Below are positions 63,534-64,000 of a DNA stretch of 64,000 nt, one piece after another. The DNA is from an uncultured Acidimicrobiales bacterium. GTDB taxonomy: Bacteria; Actinomycetota; Acidimicrobiia; Acidimicrobiales; Ilumatobacteraceae. The stretch lies in assembly GCA_963829955.1 (NCBI GenBank), contig CAWHKS010000004.1, positions 4,402 to 68,401 on the forward strand, written 5' to 3'. Numbering within the stretch: position 1 is the stretch's first letter; each line of letters opens with the position of its first letter. The position numbers were made by a program, and so were the translations under genes. The notes beneath the pieces were generated by a model. That model had not been told where the DNA came from. It worked only from the letters and a program-made list of their open reading frames with translations, and did no database searches.

Positions 63534-63710
63534 TCAGCCGTCGAGCCGCTCGTGGGGGTAGTGGCTGAGGCAGGCGAAGCACCAGCGCTCGGTCTCGTCC
63601 ACGCGCTGGACGGTGGCAGGGGCCTCCCACGAGCCGGGGGTGGTGTACAGGCGGTGGACGGCGGTGAGCTCGTCCTCGTCGCGCCCGCAGCTGTCGCAGG
63701 TCCCCGGCAT
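63534..63710 (-). CDS. Small zinc-ribbon protein (58 aa)
   Basis: MPGTCDSCGRDEDELTAVHRLYTTPGSWEAPATVQRVDETERWCFACLSHYPHERLDG* has CxxC...CxxC. The track ORF extends to 63851 with a Pro/Ala/Ser-rich extension I consider non-coding. Confidence 0.5.
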   Translation of the reverse strand: MPGTCDSCGRDEDELTAVHRLYTTPGSWEAPATVQRVDETERWCFACLSHYPHERLDG

Positions 63711-64000
63711 GCGGGCGACGCTACCGTGGCCCGGTGCGCGGGCTCCGGGTCCTGACCAGCGTGCCGGCCTGCTGGCACTGGCCCTGGCGGCGGGCTGCGG
63801 GGGAGGCGACGACGATTCGTCGGGCGGGTCCGGTACGGCCGGGTCCGGCACGGTCGTACCCCCGCCGACCGGCGCGCCGGCGAGCTCCGTGGACGGCGAT
63901 CCGGCCGTGGTCCCCGAGGGCTACTCCGCCGTCGTCATCGAGCTGGCGCAGGACGGCGGCACCACCGAGGAGTTCTGCGTCTGGCTGGCCGAGTCGAGCG
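63709..64000 (+). CDS. Partial CDS (runs off window end): lipoprotein, possibly DUF192
   Basis: My translation from ATG 63709: MRATLPWPGARAPGPDQRAGLLALALAAGCGGGDDDSSGGSGTAGSG...PEGYSAVVIELAQDGGTTEEFCVWLAESS... It has a lipobox (LAAGC). There is no stop before 64000, so it is absent from the track. Confidence 0.6.
   Translation, partial: MRATLPWPGARAPGPDQRAGLLALALAAGCGGGDDDSSGGSGTAGSGTVVPPPTGAPASSVDGDPAVVPEGYSAVVIELAQDGGTTEEFCVWLAESS

Overview
Very GC-rich (about 70% by eye, not computed) chromosomal segment from an actinobacterium (Actinomycetota; genus not assignable). It spans the replication-origin neighbourhood. Core layout: on the minus strand, gyrA-gyrB-dciA(DUF721)-recF-dnaN-dnaA, with DnaA-box clusters in the dnaN-dnaA spacer and just upstream of dnaA. 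On the plus strand, rpmH-rnpA-yidD-yidC-jag-rsmG-parS-parA-parB. Back on the minus strand, a cwlM-like gene, trxA, trxB, a membrane protein, an anti-sigma factor, an ECF sigma factor, a Ser/Thr kinase, DegV, an Rv3909-like protein and a GNAT. Then come an HDAC-like deacetylase, the CCA-adding enzyme, a methyltransferase, an amidohydrolase, ino1-PadR, DUF5318, a small zinc-ribbon protein and a partial lipoprotein. This order closely mirrors the Mycobacterium tuberculosis Rv3907c-Rv3924c / Rv0001-Rv0007 / Rv0046c-Rv0049 neighbourhoods.

Left of the origin core: tRNA-Ile, DUF899, a saccharopine-dehydrogenase-like gene, an alpha/beta hydrolase, an MgtE-N/CBS + DUF1003 pair, a cobalamin salvage block (cobD/C ... 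cobU-cobS-cbiB) interrupted by a TPM-like membrane protein plus PspA, two LLM-type oxidoreductases, a D-aminoacylase, a PspC/LiaF-like protein with a PspC-sensor kinase and a NarL-type regulator, GlxA, DUF2252, tRNA-Ala, a decayed integrase, and a Flp/Tad pilus cluster at the window start. No rRNA, CRISPR array or transposase was recognised.

Major caveat: many reading frames are interrupted by single-nucleotide indels, including in the essential genes gyrB, gyrA and dnaN, as well as recF. The indels are strongly clustered in 1-6800 and 35990-38400. I read this as sequence or assembly error rather than gene decay, so gene limits there are reconstructed by stitching frames and are approximate.

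Candidates for something new, all modest:
- a signal peptide-VWA-PT linker-TM-T2SSF (TadB-like) fusion next to a large polytopic membrane protein in the tad island
- a TPM/PspA module embedded in, and tightly spaced with, a cob operon
- a Hanks kinase-ECF sigma-anti-sigma-trxBA operon with no murJ
- a triple TCTGAAC repeat downstream of the Psp-type two-component system, in front of a small unannotated ORF
- two divergent gene pairs sharing a CATG start.

I found no clear, self-contained undescribed system. All calls come from reading translations and motifs by eye; no searches were run.
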